Positions 62,836-64,000 of a stretch of DNA of 64,000 bases are shown in pieces. Within the stretch, counting starts at the first letter, position 1, and each line of letters opens with the position of its first letter. The translations under genes were made by a program, and so were the position numbers. Source of the stretch: Thermotogota bacterium (lineage in GTDB: Bacteria; Hydrothermota; Hydrothermia; LBFQ01). The notes under the pieces are model-generated. The model did no database searches. It was not told where the DNA came from and was given only the letters and a program-made list of their open reading frames with translations. The stretch is taken from positions 7,107 through 71,106 of the forward strand of contig JAADCS010000139.1 of NCBI GenBank assembly GCA_013154295.1, in the 5' to 3' direction.

Positions 62836-64000
62836 TTAGTTTCCTAATACGGCCTGGGCTGCTGATAGCCGGGCTACGGGAACTCTAAAGGGGGATGCAC
62901 TTACGTAATCAACTCCAGCTTTATAGAACTTACGTATGCTCTTGGGATCACCCCCGTGTTCTCCACATACTCCAACCTCTAGATCCGGTTGTTGCCTTTT
63001 GCCTTTCTTAGTGCCTGTAGCGACCAGTTCAGCTACAGCATCATCTACGGTTTTGAAGGGATCCTCAGTCAGGAGCTTTTTCTCTATGTACTCCGGGAGG
63101 AACTTGCCGGCGTCGTCCCTTGAGAAACCCAAGGTCGTTTGAGTTAGATCGTTGGTGCCAAAGGAGAAGAAGTCGGCATACAGAGCTATCTCGTCCCCGC
63201 ATAGGGCAGCTCTGGGTAACTCTATCATGGTACCTACCTCTATATTCCCCTTGAGACTGTACTTTTCGAGCGTCCTTTCCACTATCTCCCGGACGGCTTT
63301 CATCTCGGTGGCGAAACCTACCAGAGGTAGCATTATTTTGGGTTTGGGATCGTAACCTTCTTCTTTGAGCTTTAGATAGGCTTCGGCTACAGCCTCTACC
63401 TGCATGGCATATATGTCGGGATAGGTTATGGCTAAACGTACCCCTCTGTGACCCAGCATAGGGTTAGCTTCTTCAGTGGTTTCCACCAGATGACGTATCT
63501 CTTCCTCATCTATACCCACGTACCGGGCTGTCTCTCTTATTTGATCATCAGTGGTGGGTAGGAACTCGTGTAAGGGTGGATCCAAAAGGCGGATTATGAC
63601 CGGCAAGCCATCCATCTCCTTAAGGAGTCCATAAAAGTCCTCCCGTTGATAGTTTTTTATGCGTTCCTTCGCTCTCTCGTAACGCTCACCTTTTCGGGAG
63701 GCCAGTAGTATCATGGTACGAAAATCCCTTATACGGTCTTCGGAGAAGAACATGTGTTCGGTTCGGGCCAATCCTATACCTTCAGCTCCGAACTCTCTCG
63801 CCTTGCGAGCATCTTTGGGAGTGTCGGCGTTGGCTCGTACTCCCAACTTTCCACGGCGCACTTCATCGGCCCACATGAGCAATTCCGCCACTTCGCCACC
63901 CAACTTCGGTTCCTCTTTAGGAACATCACCTAAGTATATGATGCCTGATCCTCCATCTATGGTTATCACGTCTCCCTCCCCAAGCGTTATGGGAACACCT
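62836..64000 (-). CDS. ppdK: pyruvate, phosphate dikinase (C-terminal PEP/pyruvate domain; N-terminus beyond window)
   Basis: GLARTEHMFF, FFSFGTNDLTQTTLGFSRDDAGKFL, VGVCGEHGGDPKSI. The frame stays open to nt 64000. Confidence 0.9.
   Translation of the reverse strand, partial: GVPITLGEGDVITIDGGSGIIYLGDVPKEEPKLGGEVAELLMWADEVRRGKLGVRANADTPKDARKAREFGAEGIGLARTEHMFFSEDRIRDFRTMILLASRKGERYERAKERIKNYQREDFYGLLKEMDGLPVIIRLLDPPLHEFLPTTDDQIRETARYVGIDEEEIRHLVETTEEANPMLGHRGVRLAITYPDIYAMQVEAVAEAYLKLKEEGYDPKPKIMLPLVGFATEMKAVREIVERTLEKYSLKGNIEVGTMIELPRAALCGDEIALYADFFSFGTNDLTQTTLGFSRDDAGKFLPEYIEKKLLTEDPFKTVDDAVAELVATGTKKGKRQQPDLEVGVCGEHGGDPKSIRKFYKAGVDYVSASPFRVPVARLSAAQAVLGN

Overview
This is a 64 kb bacterial chromosomal window of about 50% GC, densely coding, with roughly 67 genes, many overlapping by 4 nt in long operons. 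No rRNA, tRNA, intact mobile element or bona fide CRISPR array was found.

Gene content is mostly housekeeping:
- Proteostasis: lon, hsp20, slyD, clpB, tig.
- Secretion and envelope: secDF, an lptF/G-family permease, mrdA, murB, ftsA/ftsZ/ftsX-like genes.
- Phospholipid synthesis: plsC, cdsA, a CDP-alcohol phosphatidyltransferase, rpmF-plsX.
- Metabolism: tal, pyrF, dcd, gcvH-gcvPA, ppdK, an acyl-CoA dehydrogenase, and a polyamine cluster (speE-pdaD-speE).

Six secreted proteins share a Por/T9SS-type C-terminal sorting domain. Together with a two-CxxC protein disulfide oxidoreductase and a pyruvoyl arginine decarboxylase, this suggests (inference only) a thermophilic member of the FCB-related or candidate-phylum radiation.

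Main non-routine observations:
1. Between ppdK and tig lies a two-gene ABC/AAA_21-like ATPase plus DUF4276/TOPRIM-like cassette. It carries three frameshifts, the only broken genes in the window, and looks like a decayed ATPase-nuclease defence-type module.
2. Directly beside it, and at two other long intergenic spacers, are four copies of a 38-nt GTTTC...GAAAC palindromic repeat. Two copies form a tandem repeat-49 nt-repeat unit that looks like a CRISPR mini-array.
3. About 24 operon-leading genes have a TAnAAT box only 6-12 nt upstream of the start codon and no Shine-Dalgarno sequence. Internal operon genes do have a Shine-Dalgarno sequence, which implies widespread leaderless mRNAs. The rule repairs several start-codon calls.
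4. Two colinear ~550-aa paralogs are built from 10-13 D-x-x-G-[ND]-D-x-Y repeats that I cannot assign to a family. They sit in inverted orientation around ubiE-recF.
5. recF has no canonical start codon upstream of its Walker A motif.
6. clpB has a ~150-aa insertion splitting its N-domain.

All functional calls rest on motifs read by eye in the translations. No database search was run.
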